This document shows, in pieces, positions 9,892 through 18,396 of a DNA stretch of 47,261 nt. The translations under genes and the position numbers were made by a program. The DNA comes from Candidatus Hydrogenedentes bacterium CG07_land_8_20_14_0_80_42_17. GTDB lineage: Bacteria; UBA8481. The notes under the pieces are model-generated. The model did not search any database, was not told the origin of the DNA, and saw only the letters and a list, made by a program, of their open reading frames with translations. Location: the NCBI GenBank assembly GCA_002780065.1, contig PEWQ01000075.1, positions 1 through 47,261 on the forward strand, written 5' to 3'. Positions within the stretch are counted from its first letter, which is position 1. The number at the start of each line of letters is the position of its first letter.

Positions 9892-11241
9892 ATGAAGAAT
9901 AATTTAATGAGAGACTTTAAAATATTTAAAGACCCTTTGAGACTCGTTACGTTTTCATTTTTAATAAATATTATTTTAGGAGCGCTTTTACTTTCTCTGC
10001 CGGGTATGACAACTCGAAATGTCCCTTTCACCGACCTCCTTTTTACCTCGACATCAGCGGTTTGCGTCACCGGTCTAACTACTTTGGATATCTCTCAGGT
10101 TTTTACTGTTTGGGGTAAGATTGTTGTCTGTATTCTAATTCAGCTTGGCGGATTAGGCATTATTACTCTGTGGCTTTTTCTTCTTTCGACTTTCGGTTCT
10201 TTGATTGGCAATGCCTATACTTTGGCTTCTTCCACTGTAGGAGAGCGTTCGGTTAATAGAATCGGAAGAATACTGATGAGCGTTGCTTACGGAACTTTTA
10301 TTATTGAAAGTTTCGGAGCGGTTCTGCTTTATTTTGGACTTCCTGAACATACGACATTTTGGAATGATGCAGGTTGGGCTCTGTTTCATTCTGTCTCGGC
10401 TTTTTGTAATGCAGGCTTTTCACTTCAGTCGGATAATTTGATGGGGTATGGAGATAATTTTGTAATCAACTTTACTATCATGCTTTTGATAATTATCGGA
10501 GGATTTGGCTATGGAGTCATGGCTGAATTGACTTCGCTAAAAAAACGTTTTTCTCTTCATACACTACTTGTATTTTTTACGACATTGTTTCTTGTAATGG
10601 GCGGTTTTTTTGTATTGGGAGTTCTTGAATGGGACGGCTCAATTTTTGGAAATGCCGGAATTGGAGGCAGGCTTCTGCGCCTTTTGTTTTTATCAGTTAC
10701 ACCTCGCACTGCCGGTTTCAATACGCTCGATATTTCTATGCTTAGAGATAGTTCACTCTTTTTTATAATTCTCTTGATGCTTATCGGAGCATCACCAGGC
10801 GGAACCGGAGGAGGATTCAAAACCACTCCGCTTGCAATTGTTTTTTTGCGTTTAATCTCTATTCTTTCCGGAAGAAGATACGTAAGAATACAACGATGGG
10901 ATATCGAGGACGAAACAATATTTAAAGCAGTATGGATTATTTTTGTTTATCTCTTGATTGCCGCAGTTGCTTCGCTTCTGCTTTTGATCAGCGAATCTGA
11001 TTTACCGCGGGAATTAAATCCGCACGGAGCGCTCGGAATTATCTTTGAGGCTGTTTCAGCATTGGGCACGGTAGGACTTTCAACCGGTATAACTTCTTAT
11101 GTATCTTTCATCGGAAAGTGTATACTTATATTCGCAATGTTTATCGGCAGAATCGGTCCGCTGACCTTCGCATTTGCCATAGGAGGACGAGCACAGACCT
11201 CGTCCGTAAAATTTGTTGAAGGAAAGGTTGGACTTGGATAA
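9892..11241 (+). CDS. ktrB: Ktr/Trk potassium transporter membrane subunit
   Basis: TSAVCVTGL, QLGGLG, SAFCNAGF, PRTAGFN, GASPGGTGGGFKTT, SALGTVGLS pore loops. Confidence 0.93.
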   Translation: MKNNLMRDFKIFKDPLRLVTFSFLINIILGALLLSLPGMTTRNVPFTDLLFTSTSAVCVTGLTTLDISQVFTVWGKIVVCILIQLGGLGIITLWLFLLSTFGSLIGNAYTLASSTVGERSVNRIGRILMSVAYGTFIIESFGAVLLYFGLPEHTTFWNDAGWALFHSVSAFCNAGFSLQSDNLMGYGDNFVINFTIMLLIIIGGFGYGVMAELTSLKKRFSLHTLLVFFTTLFLVMGGFFVLGVLEWDGSIFGNAGIGGRLLRLLFLSVTPRTAGFNTLDISMLRDSSLFFIILLMLIGASPGGTGGGFKTTPLAIVFLRLISILSGRRYVRIQRWDIEDETIFKAVWIIFVYLLIAAVASLLLLISESDLPRELNPHGALGIIFEAVSALGTVGLSTGITSYVSFIGKCILIFAMFIGRIGPLTFAFAIGGRAQTSSVKFVEGKVGLG

Positions 11242-11251
11242 GGAGTAATTT

Positions 11252-11917
11252 ATGACTGAAAATAAGAGATACGCTGTTTTAGGGCTGGGATCTTTTGGAA
11301 GCAAAGTGGCAAAAGAACTCTTCAAGGCAGGAGCCGAAGTATTGGCTGTCGATAGGAACTCAAACGTCATTCACGAAATATCCGAAGAGGTGACGAAGGC
11401 TGTTGTTGGAGATGTCAGAAACAGAGAGGTTTTAAAAGAACTCGATGTTGCTTCATACAGCGCGGCGGTTGTCAGTCTTGGAGAATCGATCGAAGCGTCG
11501 GCAATGGTTGTATTTCATTTGCGAGAATTGAAAAGCCGCAAGATCATTGCTAAAGCTATTTCGAGCGAACACCGCGGATTGCTTGAACGAATCGGAGCGA
11601 CTGAAGTAATATTTCCAGAAGAGGAAACTGCTATTCGACTGGCTAAACAGATTATTGCATCGAATTTACTGGAGTATTTTGAAATTGCGCCAGGATATAT
11701 TATTGCTGAAGTTGTCACGCCGAATTCCATGGTTGGAAAGTCATTACGTCAGCTAAAGTTGAGATATAGATACAGCATTCAGGTTCTTCTTATTCAGCAG
11801 ACTATACCGGAACAGATTCATATCTTTCCAGATCCGGACGCTCCTCTTAAAGATTCAGATGTCCTGATTATTGCAGGAAAGGCTGATGATGTTTACAAGT
11901 TCGCGGAAGAAAAGTAA
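11252..11917 (+). CDS. ktrA: Ktr/Trk RCK regulatory subunit
   Basis: GLGSFG Rossmann motif, IGATEVIFPEEE, C-terminal RCK_C domain. Confidence 0.93.
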   Translation: MTENKRYAVLGLGSFGSKVAKELFKAGAEVLAVDRNSNVIHEISEEVTKAVVGDVRNREVLKELDVASYSAAVVSLGESIEASAMVVFHLRELKSRKIIAKAISSEHRGLLERIGATEVIFPEEETAIRLAKQIIASNLLEYFEIAPGYIIAEVVTPNSMVGKSLRQLKLRYRYSIQVLLIQQTIPEQIHIFPDPDAPLKDSDVLIIAGKADDVYKFAEEK

Positions 11918-11928
11918 AGGATAAAGAT

Positions 11929-12621
11929 ATGATTATTGGTTTTGTCGGATTGAATTTACCGGAAGGAAAGATGAAGTTCAAAGACCCTCGATTCGATGCT
12001 CTGGTTGAGAAACATAAGCCGAAGAAACTTGTGCCTCATTATGTGGAATTAATGAAGGGAGATCTTTCTAAGTGTGACGGAATTATTGTTGAGCAAGAAA
12101 GTATATTGGATTTAATTTTGCCTGATATTGAGAGATGCGAGCAGAGAATGGAAAAGTCTGAAGACCAATCTGAAAAAGCTCTATTGCAAAAAAGCATAAA
12201 ATTTCTTGAAGAGGAAAAACTGCTTTGTGATGCGGAATTTAATGATGAAGAGAAGAAATTATTATTAAATTTAAATTTTATTACAATGAAACCGGTAGTG
12301 CCTGTTAATGCTTCTATCCAGCCTGAAGAGGCTGTCAAAGCCGTTATTGCAAAAGCAGGAATTGTCTTCTTCTTTACTGCCGGCCCGCCGGAAGTTCATG
12401 CATGGCCAGTTCATAAGAGCTTCAATATTGTCGAGTGTGCGGAAAAAATTCATTCTGATCTTGCGCGAGGATTTATCAGAGCCGACATTGTTTCATTCGA
12501 TGATTACATGAAAGTTCACAGCTTTAATGACGCAAAGAAACAGGGACTAGCAAAGGTAGTGGACAGAGATTACATAATAAATGACGGAGACATCATCGAG
12601 ATTCGCTTCAACGTTTCGTAA
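11929..12621 (+). CDS. Shortened YchF-like protein (DUF933/TGS C-terminus) lacking NTPase motifs
   Basis: FFTAGPPEVHAW, IHSDLARGFIRA, DYIINDGDIIEIRFNV match the YchF C-terminus; N-terminus has no GKS/T; 230 aa. Confidence 0.85.
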   Translation: MIIGFVGLNLPEGKMKFKDPRFDALVEKHKPKKLVPHYVELMKGDLSKCDGIIVEQESILDLILPDIERCEQRMEKSEDQSEKALLQKSIKFLEEEKLLCDAEFNDEEKKLLLNLNFITMKPVVPVNASIQPEEAVKAVIAKAGIVFFFTAGPPEVHAWPVHKSFNIVECAEKIHSDLARGFIRADIVSFDDYMKVHSFNDAKKQGLAKVVDRDYIINDGDIIEIRFNVS

Positions 12622-12644
12622 CGCGGTTAGTTGCATCCGATTCA

Positions 12645-12896
12645 TTTGTCATTGCGAGGAGCGGACTCGCAGAGTCATCGCGACGAAGATACCAAGATAC
12701 TGAGTTTTTTTATCTATTTTTTTCCTTGTCTCCAGCCTATCTTTCAAAGGACGTGTGAAATAATTGAAAAATGAAAATTGGAAAAATAAAATTTTCAATT
12801 TTCACTTTCCAATTTGCAATTTCAAATATAATAACATACCAGCAATCTGTTAACATTAAGAGATTGCTTTGCACCTTCGGTGCTCGCGATGACAAA
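12645..12896. mobile_element. Composite non-autonomous palindromic element (outer element interrupted by a 152-bp insert)
   Basis: Terminal IR TTTGTCATTGCGAG / CTCGCGATGACAAA; inner IR AGCAATCT/AGATTGCT; GCAC-CTTCGG-TGC hairpin. Insert 12689-12840 is homologous to 25075-25315 (reverse) and to the window end. Confidence 0.7.
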
Positions 12897-12946
12897 ATAC
12901 TACTTTTTGGTCAACCCCAATAATTCGCCATGCTCCCAACTATTTC

Positions 12947-12975
12947 AAAAAAAAGGCTGGCAAAAATGCCAGCCT
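12947..12975 (-). terminator. Rho-independent terminator of the HhH/DUF4332 gene
   Basis: AGGCTGGCA-loop-TGCCAGCCT followed by 8 T on the minus strand, 20 nt after the stop. Confidence 0.8.
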
Positions 12976-12995
12976 CTAATTTAAATTTTATCGAA

Positions 12996-13970
12996 TCATA
13001 ATCCTTCAAGGAATCGTGGATACCTCACTGTATCCTTCGCCTTGGTAATCCATCTTCTGATTGTTGTCTTAGATGGCATTGTATTCACCATATTAAATTT
13101 ATCGCCGCCATATTGCTGATTGGTTTGAATCATTAAAGTTCTCAATGTCGTTGCATTTCTTGTCGCAAGATCCGGCACACCTTTTATTCCGCAATAGGCA
13201 AGCAGATCTCCATACTGTTCTCCGCAACCGCTGATTCTCTGAAGGTCGGCGCGAATCGCCCATTTGTCAACCAATGCTTGTGATACGCCGACTTTCTGAG
13301 CAATTTCAGCTCTCCAATCAGGCCATACTGAATGCATCAGCAAAGCTCCAACTGTAAAGAGTTTAATGTTTCTCATTCTCTGACCATAGACTGCGCCGAT
13401 TCCAGATATTGTTTCGATTCCCTTAGAGTTGGTCTTATATCGTAGAACTTTAAGATAAATTGCTACCTTTTTGAGATTTGGATTGGATACTCTTCTCAAA
13501 GCCTTCTTCCAATCTATATAAGGCCTATACTTCGGAATGCTCCTTTGAGCAGAAGAGCTAAGAGTTGCCGCAATCATTTGATTGACGGACGCATTGTTCA
13601 AAAAGTTTAATACAGCAGCTCTATCTTGAACTCTAATTCTTAAAGGAGTCTTTGTCGGATAGCGATCATACATTTCCTGAATAAACCCAAGCTCTATTGC
13701 AATTCTTTTTGCATTAGTATTTGAACCGACAGACGTCACCCACATTTGATCCCAATTGGAATAAGGTCGTAACAATAGAACTTTCTTTGCTGTCGCAGAA
13801 GATAGATCTATCGCTAACATCTGCTCAGTCGTTGCAGAATTCAGCCACTGCAATATCTGAGTCTTTTCCGATGAAGAAAAATCAAAACTAATTGGATAAG
13901 TTGCCGCGCTTCCTAGAGTTGCGCAAAGAAGCAACAAACCAATAACACCAAACCATTTAACACGTAACAT
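12996..13970 (-). CDS. Secreted multi-helix-hairpin-helix protein (two ComEA-like repeats plus DUF4332-like domain)
   Basis: Signal peptide MLRVKWFGVIGLLLLCATLGSA after GGGGAGGT SD; repeats LNSATTEQM..RPY and LNNASVNQM..RPY; C-terminal IETISGIG..ADLQRISGCGEQYGDLL..LATRN..WI. Confidence 0.75.
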   Translation of the reverse strand: MLRVKWFGVIGLLLLCATLGSAATYPISFDFSSSEKTQILQWLNSATTEQMLAIDLSSATAKKVLLLRPYSNWDQMWVTSVGSNTNAKRIAIELGFIQEMYDRYPTKTPLRIRVQDRAAVLNFLNNASVNQMIAATLSSSAQRSIPKYRPYIDWKKALRRVSNPNLKKVAIYLKVLRYKTNSKGIETISGIGAVYGQRMRNIKLFTVGALLMHSVWPDWRAEIAQKVGVSQALVDKWAIRADLQRISGCGEQYGDLLAYCGIKGVPDLATRNATTLRTLMIQTNQQYGGDKFNMVNTMPSKTTIRRWITKAKDTVRYPRFLEGL

Positions 13971-14168
13971 AACGTTACCTCCCCGAAAAAAACTTTTATG
14001 AAACAGTACAGAATAAAGTAATATAGATAATTCTGTCAAGCTTTTTTTTTATTTTTTTTTACCAGAGTTACTCACATAAATAAAACGGTTTAACTAATAT
14101 TTTAGAATTATGCAATGATAAAATGTCTGAGCAAATCCTGATAATCCGACTGGCCAAATAATTCGTGT

Positions 14169-14213
14169 AAATCCGCAACTTTTCTGCCGCCGTCGGCGGC
14201 GAGCGGCGGATTT
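14169..14213. repeat. GC-rich nested palindrome in the divergent intergenic region
   Basis: AAATCCGC (14169) / GCGGATTT (14206) enclose GCCGCCG-T-CGGCGGC (14186-14200). Confidence 0.55.
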
Positions 14214-14270
14214 GTCGATAATATATTTTTTCTTTTGCAAATCTTGGATATCATTTGTTAAATTGGAAAA

Positions 14271-14795
14271 ATGAAAAAATATCCAAAAAGAAAATTGCTC
14301 TTCGTTCCGTCAAAGCGCGATTACGTTCGTGGAAATCGGCCATCCGTATCGTGCATTTTATGCGCTTCGCGAGACGGAAATCCAAATGTAGAAAATTTAA
14401 TCCTCGCTAAAGACAAATATGTATTCGTTACCTTAAATCTCTTCCCTTACAATCCAGGTCATGTGATGATTGTTCCGAAGAGACACATAATCGATCCTCG
14501 CAGTTATCTCGATTCAGAAGTAAAATCGATAGATAAATGGACAAGGCGAATTCTAGACGTTCTTGACGAAATCTACGATCCAAGCGGATATAACATCGGA
14601 TACAATATTGGCAACACTGCCGGAGCCTCGCTCGAACATCTTCATCTTCATATTGTGCCGCGCTTCAAGAATGAAATTGGATTTATCGATATCATCGGAG
14701 GAGCCCGAGTCCATGTTGACGATCCAAAACTTGCGGCTAAAAAACTGCGCCAAAAGTTGAACTCCAAAAGCCGAGCAAAAAAAGAGAAGAGATGA
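14271..14795 (+). CDS. HIT-family hydrolase (Ap4A phosphorylase/Fhit-like)
   Basis: CILC, LNLFPYNPGH, AGASLEHLHLHIVPR. Confidence 0.93.
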   Translation: MKKYPKRKLLFVPSKRDYVRGNRPSVSCILCASRDGNPNVENLILAKDKYVFVTLNLFPYNPGHVMIVPKRHIIDPRSYLDSEVKSIDKWTRRILDVLDEIYDPSGYNIGYNIGNTAGASLEHLHLHIVPRFKNEIGFIDIIGGARVHVDDPKLAAKKLRQKLNSKSRAKKEKR

Positions 14796-15754
14796 AAAAT
14801 ATTCTCGAAATCGAAAACCTTTCCATTTCAACAAAATTATCTGAAACTGAAATAAACATTGTTGACGGAATATCACTCTCAGTTTCAGTCGGAGAAGTCA
14901 CCGGACTAATAGGAGAATCAGGATCAGGTAAATCCATAACCGCTCTAGCTGTTATGGGGCTTCTTCCCTCAAATCTTAAAATTTCGTCAGGTTCAATTAA
15001 ACTCGACGGATTAGAGTTGACTTCTGTTTCACAAAAACATTTTCATAACATTCGCGGAAAAATCGCGGCGATGATTTTTCAAGAGCCGATGACAAGTCTG
15101 AATCCGGTAATAAAAATAGGAGAACAAATTGCTGAAGTTTTTAAACTTCATTGCAGATTGACAAAAAAAGACGCCCATAATAAGGCAGTGGAAGCGCTTT
15201 CAAAGGTTGGAATCGGAGATCCCAAAAAAAGAGCGGAACAATATCCGTATCAATTATCCGGAGGCATGCGGCAGAGAGTTATGATTGCAATGGCTCTAGC
15301 TTCAGAGCCTAAACTCCTGATTGCAGACGAACCCACAACTGCGCTCGATGCCACAGTTCAGGCTCAGATTTTGGAACTGCTTCACTCAATAATAGAAACT
15401 GAAAAAGAAAAAGGAATACTTTTTATTTCTCACAACATTGGAGTAGTTTCCGAAATTGCCGACAAAGCAGTTGTCATTTATTCTGGTAGAGACGTAGAGT
15501 CAGGCGATGCAGAAGCTCTTTTGAATATGCCTCAGCATCCTTACACCGAGGGTCTTATTGCTTCGATGCCGAAACATTCCAATAAATCGAAACGTCTTTG
15601 TACTATTCCCGGGCAGATCCCACGGCCAATTGAACGGCTTTCCGGCTGTTCATTCAGGAATAGGTGCTCATTTGCGAAAGAAATATGCAGTGAAGAGATC
15701 AGCGTGCAGTCGAAAAATGGATATAAGCTTAGGTGCATTAAAGAACTCAAATGA
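14792..15754 (+). CDS. Oligo/dipeptide ABC transporter ATPase (OppD/DppD type)
   Basis: GESGSGKS, FQEPMTSLNP, LSGGMRQR, ADEPTTALD, HPYT, C-terminal Cys cluster. Confidence 0.93.
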   Translation: MKNILEIENLSISTKLSETEINIVDGISLSVSVGEVTGLIGESGSGKSITALAVMGLLPSNLKISSGSIKLDGLELTSVSQKHFHNIRGKIAAMIFQEPMTSLNPVIKIGEQIAEVFKLHCRLTKKDAHNKAVEALSKVGIGDPKKRAEQYPYQLSGGMRQRVMIAMALASEPKLLIADEPTTALDATVQAQILELLHSIIETEKEKGILFISHNIGVVSEIADKAVVIYSGRDVESGDAEALLNMPQHPYTEGLIASMPKHSNKSKRLCTIPGQIPRPIERLSGCSFRNRCSFAKEICSEEISVQSKNGYKLRCIKELK

Positions 15755-16752
15755 AAAATAATTCAAAATCGCTAGTAAAACTTGAAAATGTCTCTGTTGA
15801 TTTTTCCATTTCCAATTCATTGTTTGCAGACGGCAAAAAAAAATTACGCGTTGTTGATGAAGTCTCGCTTGAAATCTATAAAGGCAAAATATTGGGATTG
15901 GTAGGTGAATCCGGCTCGGGGAAAACAACACTCGGAAGAGCAAGTATTCGACTAATTCCTACTGCTGCCGGAAAAGTTTTTTTTAATGGAATAGAACTAG
16001 AAAAATTACGCAAAGAAGAATTGAGAATAATGCGCCGCCAAATGCAGATTGTGTTTCAAGATCCTAATTCCAGTCTCGATCCTCGAATGAAAATAAAAGA
16101 TCTTATCGGCAATCCTCTGCTCGTTCACAGAATTGCAAAAAATAATGAGCTCAAAGACAGAACCGCTAAAATAATGGAAAGGGTCGGACTCTCTCCCGAT
16201 GAAATGCACAAATATCCTCATCAATTTTCTGGAGGGCAGAAGCAGAGGATTTCTATTGCTAGAGCTCTTATTCTTGAGCCGGAATATATTGTATTAGATG
16301 AACCCGTATCTGCACTCGATCTATCAATTCAGGCTCAAATAATAAATTTAGTTTTGGATCTCCGAAAAGAACTCGAATTGACCTATCTTTTTATCTCTCA
16401 TGACATTGGCGTGGTATCACATGTGAGCGACAGGGTAGCTGTAATGTATTTCGGGCGAATTATGGAGATAGGGGAAAATGTTTTCGAAGATCCGAAGCAT
16501 CCCTATACCATGATGCTGATCGAATCGCTTCCCGGAAAAAAGATTAAACCTGTCGGGAAACCTCCACGAGGCGAACCTCCACGAGGCGAGCCTCCACGAG
16601 GCGAACCTCCACGAGGCGAGCCACCGAGCATATTTGAATCCAGGAGCGGCTGTGTCTTTTATTCTCGATGTCCGATTGGAGATGAAGAATGCAAAAAGAT
16701 CGTTCCTCAATTAAAAAACGGAGTGGCTTGTCTCAAGAAAAACGGGTGCTGA
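15751..16752 (+). CDS. Oligo/dipeptide ABC transporter ATPase (OppF/DppF type)
   Basis: GESGSGKT, FQDPNSSLDPR, FSGGQKQR, DEPVSALD, HPYT. Confidence 0.93.
   Translation: MKNNSKSLVKLENVSVDFSISNSLFADGKKKLRVVDEVSLEIYKGKILGLVGESGSGKTTLGRASIRLIPTAAGKVFFNGIELEKLRKEELRIMRRQMQIVFQDPNSSLDPRMKIKDLIGNPLLVHRIAKNNELKDRTAKIMERVGLSPDEMHKYPHQFSGGQKQRISIARALILEPEYIVLDEPVSALDLSIQAQIINLVLDLRKELELTYLFISHDIGVVSHVSDRVAVMYFGRIMEIGENVFEDPKHPYTMMLIESLPGKKIKPVGKPPRGEPPRGEPPRGEPPRGEPPSIFESRSGCVFYSRCPIGDEECKKIVPQLKNGVACLKKNGC
16561..16620 (+). repeat. In-frame 15-bp tandem repeat x4 (PPRGE)
   Basis: CCTCCACGAGGCGA(A/G) x4, equal to a perfect 30-bp unit x2. Confidence 0.95.
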
Positions 16753-16759
16753 CCACGCT

Positions 16760-17101
16760 TCACACTTCACGCTTCACAGAATTATTCACCCACTCAAAAT
16801 ATTCTTTCAATCCGTCAGTAGAATTTAAAACGACTACTTCTGGAAGTTCGTAAGGATGAATCTCACAAATCATTCTCTTCAGCTCTTCTGTCCTATCAAC
16901 GCTCGTCTTAATTAGAAGAAGGCATTCAGACTCCGCACACACTTCACCCTTCCACTTATAAATCGATTGCACAGACGAAATGATATTTACACAAGCGGCC
17001 AATTTTTCATCGACAAGTTTTCTTGCAATTGATTCTGCGACTTCAGTCGAAGGGCAAGTTGTAAGAACAATATTTATTCCCGTCATAACAACATTCTCCA
17101 A
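16760..17101 (-). CDS. cutA: Divalent cation tolerance protein CutA
   Basis: KLAACVNI, SIYKWKG, HPYELPEV. Start may be the second Met. Confidence 0.95.
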   Translation of the reverse strand: MENVVMTGINIVLTTCPSTEVAESIARKLVDEKLAACVNIISSVQSIYKWKGEVCAESECLLLIKTSVDRTEELKRMICEIHPYELPEVVVLNSTDGLKEYFEWVNNSVKREV

Positions 17102-17166
17102 AAAAATAGATAAAAATCAACAAAATCACTCAAGGTTGAATAAATCTATGACGATTACGATTCTAT

Positions 17167-17589
17167 ATGGCAAGGGTTATAAATTATGATGCAATAGGGC
17201 TTTCAGCTAAAGCACTGGACTATTCAATGCTTAGGCACAAAGTCTTGACAGATAATATTGCGAATATTGATACGCCCGGATTCAAACGTTCCGACGTATC
17301 TTTCGTCTCTGAATTGAAAAGAGCTTTAGATCCTCCGACGCGAATTGAAATGTCCCGCATATCAGCTCGCCATTTTGATACAGAGCCGACGAGAGACATC
17401 GATAGAATCAATCCGAACGTATATGCAGAGCTTGACACATGGACACGGAACGACAAGAACAATGTCGACCCCGAGGTTGAAATGGCAAACATGGCGCAGA
17501 ATACAATGTATTACCAAACCATGTCGGATCGATTGGCGAATCGGTTTCGAGTTCTATCAAGCATCGTGAATAAGACTCAGTCAGCATGA
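17167..17589 (+). CDS. flgB: Flagellar rod protein FlgB
   Basis: NIANIDTPGFKRSDV, RNDKNNVD. Confidence 0.95.
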   Translation: MARVINYDAIGLSAKALDYSMLRHKVLTDNIANIDTPGFKRSDVSFVSELKRALDPPTRIEMSRISARHFDTEPTRDIDRINPNVYAELDTWTRNDKNNVDPEVEMANMAQNTMYYQTMSDRLANRFRVLSSIVNKTQSA

Positions 17590-17605
17590 TGAAAGGAATA
17601 GAATC

Positions 17606-18070
17606 ATGAGCGCATTCATGCCGCTTTTCACAGCCGCGTCAGGCCTGTCTGCTCAGAGAACAAGACTCGACGTCATTGCGAACAACATTGCGAATGCCGA
17701 CACGACTAGAAGGTCTGACGGAAAACCGGGGCCCTACCGAAAGCAGAGAGTAATATTCGAACCGCGTTACAATCCAATTCGATTTCAAGTTCCTATGGTT
17801 CAAAATCCGGGAGTCATGACTAACGACCCGGGAACCGGAGTTAGAATAGTTGATGTAAAGGAGCAGGACGGACCTCTTTTGGAAAAGTATCTTCGATACG
17901 AGCCAAGTCATCCTGATGCGAATGCGGAAGGATACGTCGAATATCCCGATGTCGATATTGTTACGGAGATGGTGGACATGATCGATGCATCTCGAGCCTA
18001 TGAAGCCAACGTGACCACAATACGAGATTTTCGTGCAATGTGGAATGAAGCGCTTAAAATAGGAACATGA
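17606..18070 (+). CDS. flgC: Flagellar rod protein FlgC
   Basis: SGLSAQRTRLDVIANNIANA, PSHPDA, EMVDMIDASRAYEAN. Confidence 0.96.
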   Translation: MSAFMPLFTAASGLSAQRTRLDVIANNIANADTTRRSDGKPGPYRKQRVIFEPRYNPIRFQVPMVQNPGVMTNDPGTGVRIVDVKEQDGPLLEKYLRYEPSHPDANAEGYVEYPDVDIVTEMVDMIDASRAYEANVTTIRDFRAMWNEALKIGT

Positions 18071-18396
18071 TTAAGAATATTGATTTGATGAATCTTCGTG
18101 CCGGCGCACGAATAGATTTGGAAAAAGCTTCAGCAAAAAAAGAGATCATTCCAGAGAAAGCCCCAGGCGCCGATATCGCTCAAAGCTTCAAGTCTCTACT
18201 GGAAAATAAGGTTAACGACCTTGTAGCAGTAACTCAGGAATCGGATAAACTCGATCGAGACTTTGAGGCGGGCAAGACTGAAGATGTTCATCAAGTCATG
18301 GTGGCCGCGGCAAAATCTCAGCTCGCAATCGATACTGCACTTCAAGTAAGAAATCTCGCTATTCGCGCCTTTACATCATTAACTCAGCTCAGATAA
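18067..18396 (+). CDS. fliE: Hook-basal body protein FliE
   Basis: DVHQVMVA..QVRN; position after flgC. Confidence 0.92.
   Translation: MIKNIDLMNLRAGARIDLEKASAKKEIIPEKAPGADIAQSFKSLLENKVNDLVAVTQESDKLDRDFEAGKTEDVHQVMVAAAKSQLAIDTALQVRNLAIRAFTSLTQLR

Noticed and set aside
13971-14039. Upstream TTG start for the HhH protein
   Set aside because: ATG 13970 has a strong SD and begins the signal peptide.
16561-16620. Possible mini-CRISPR
   Set aside because: Units are contiguous with no spacers and lie in frame in a CDS.
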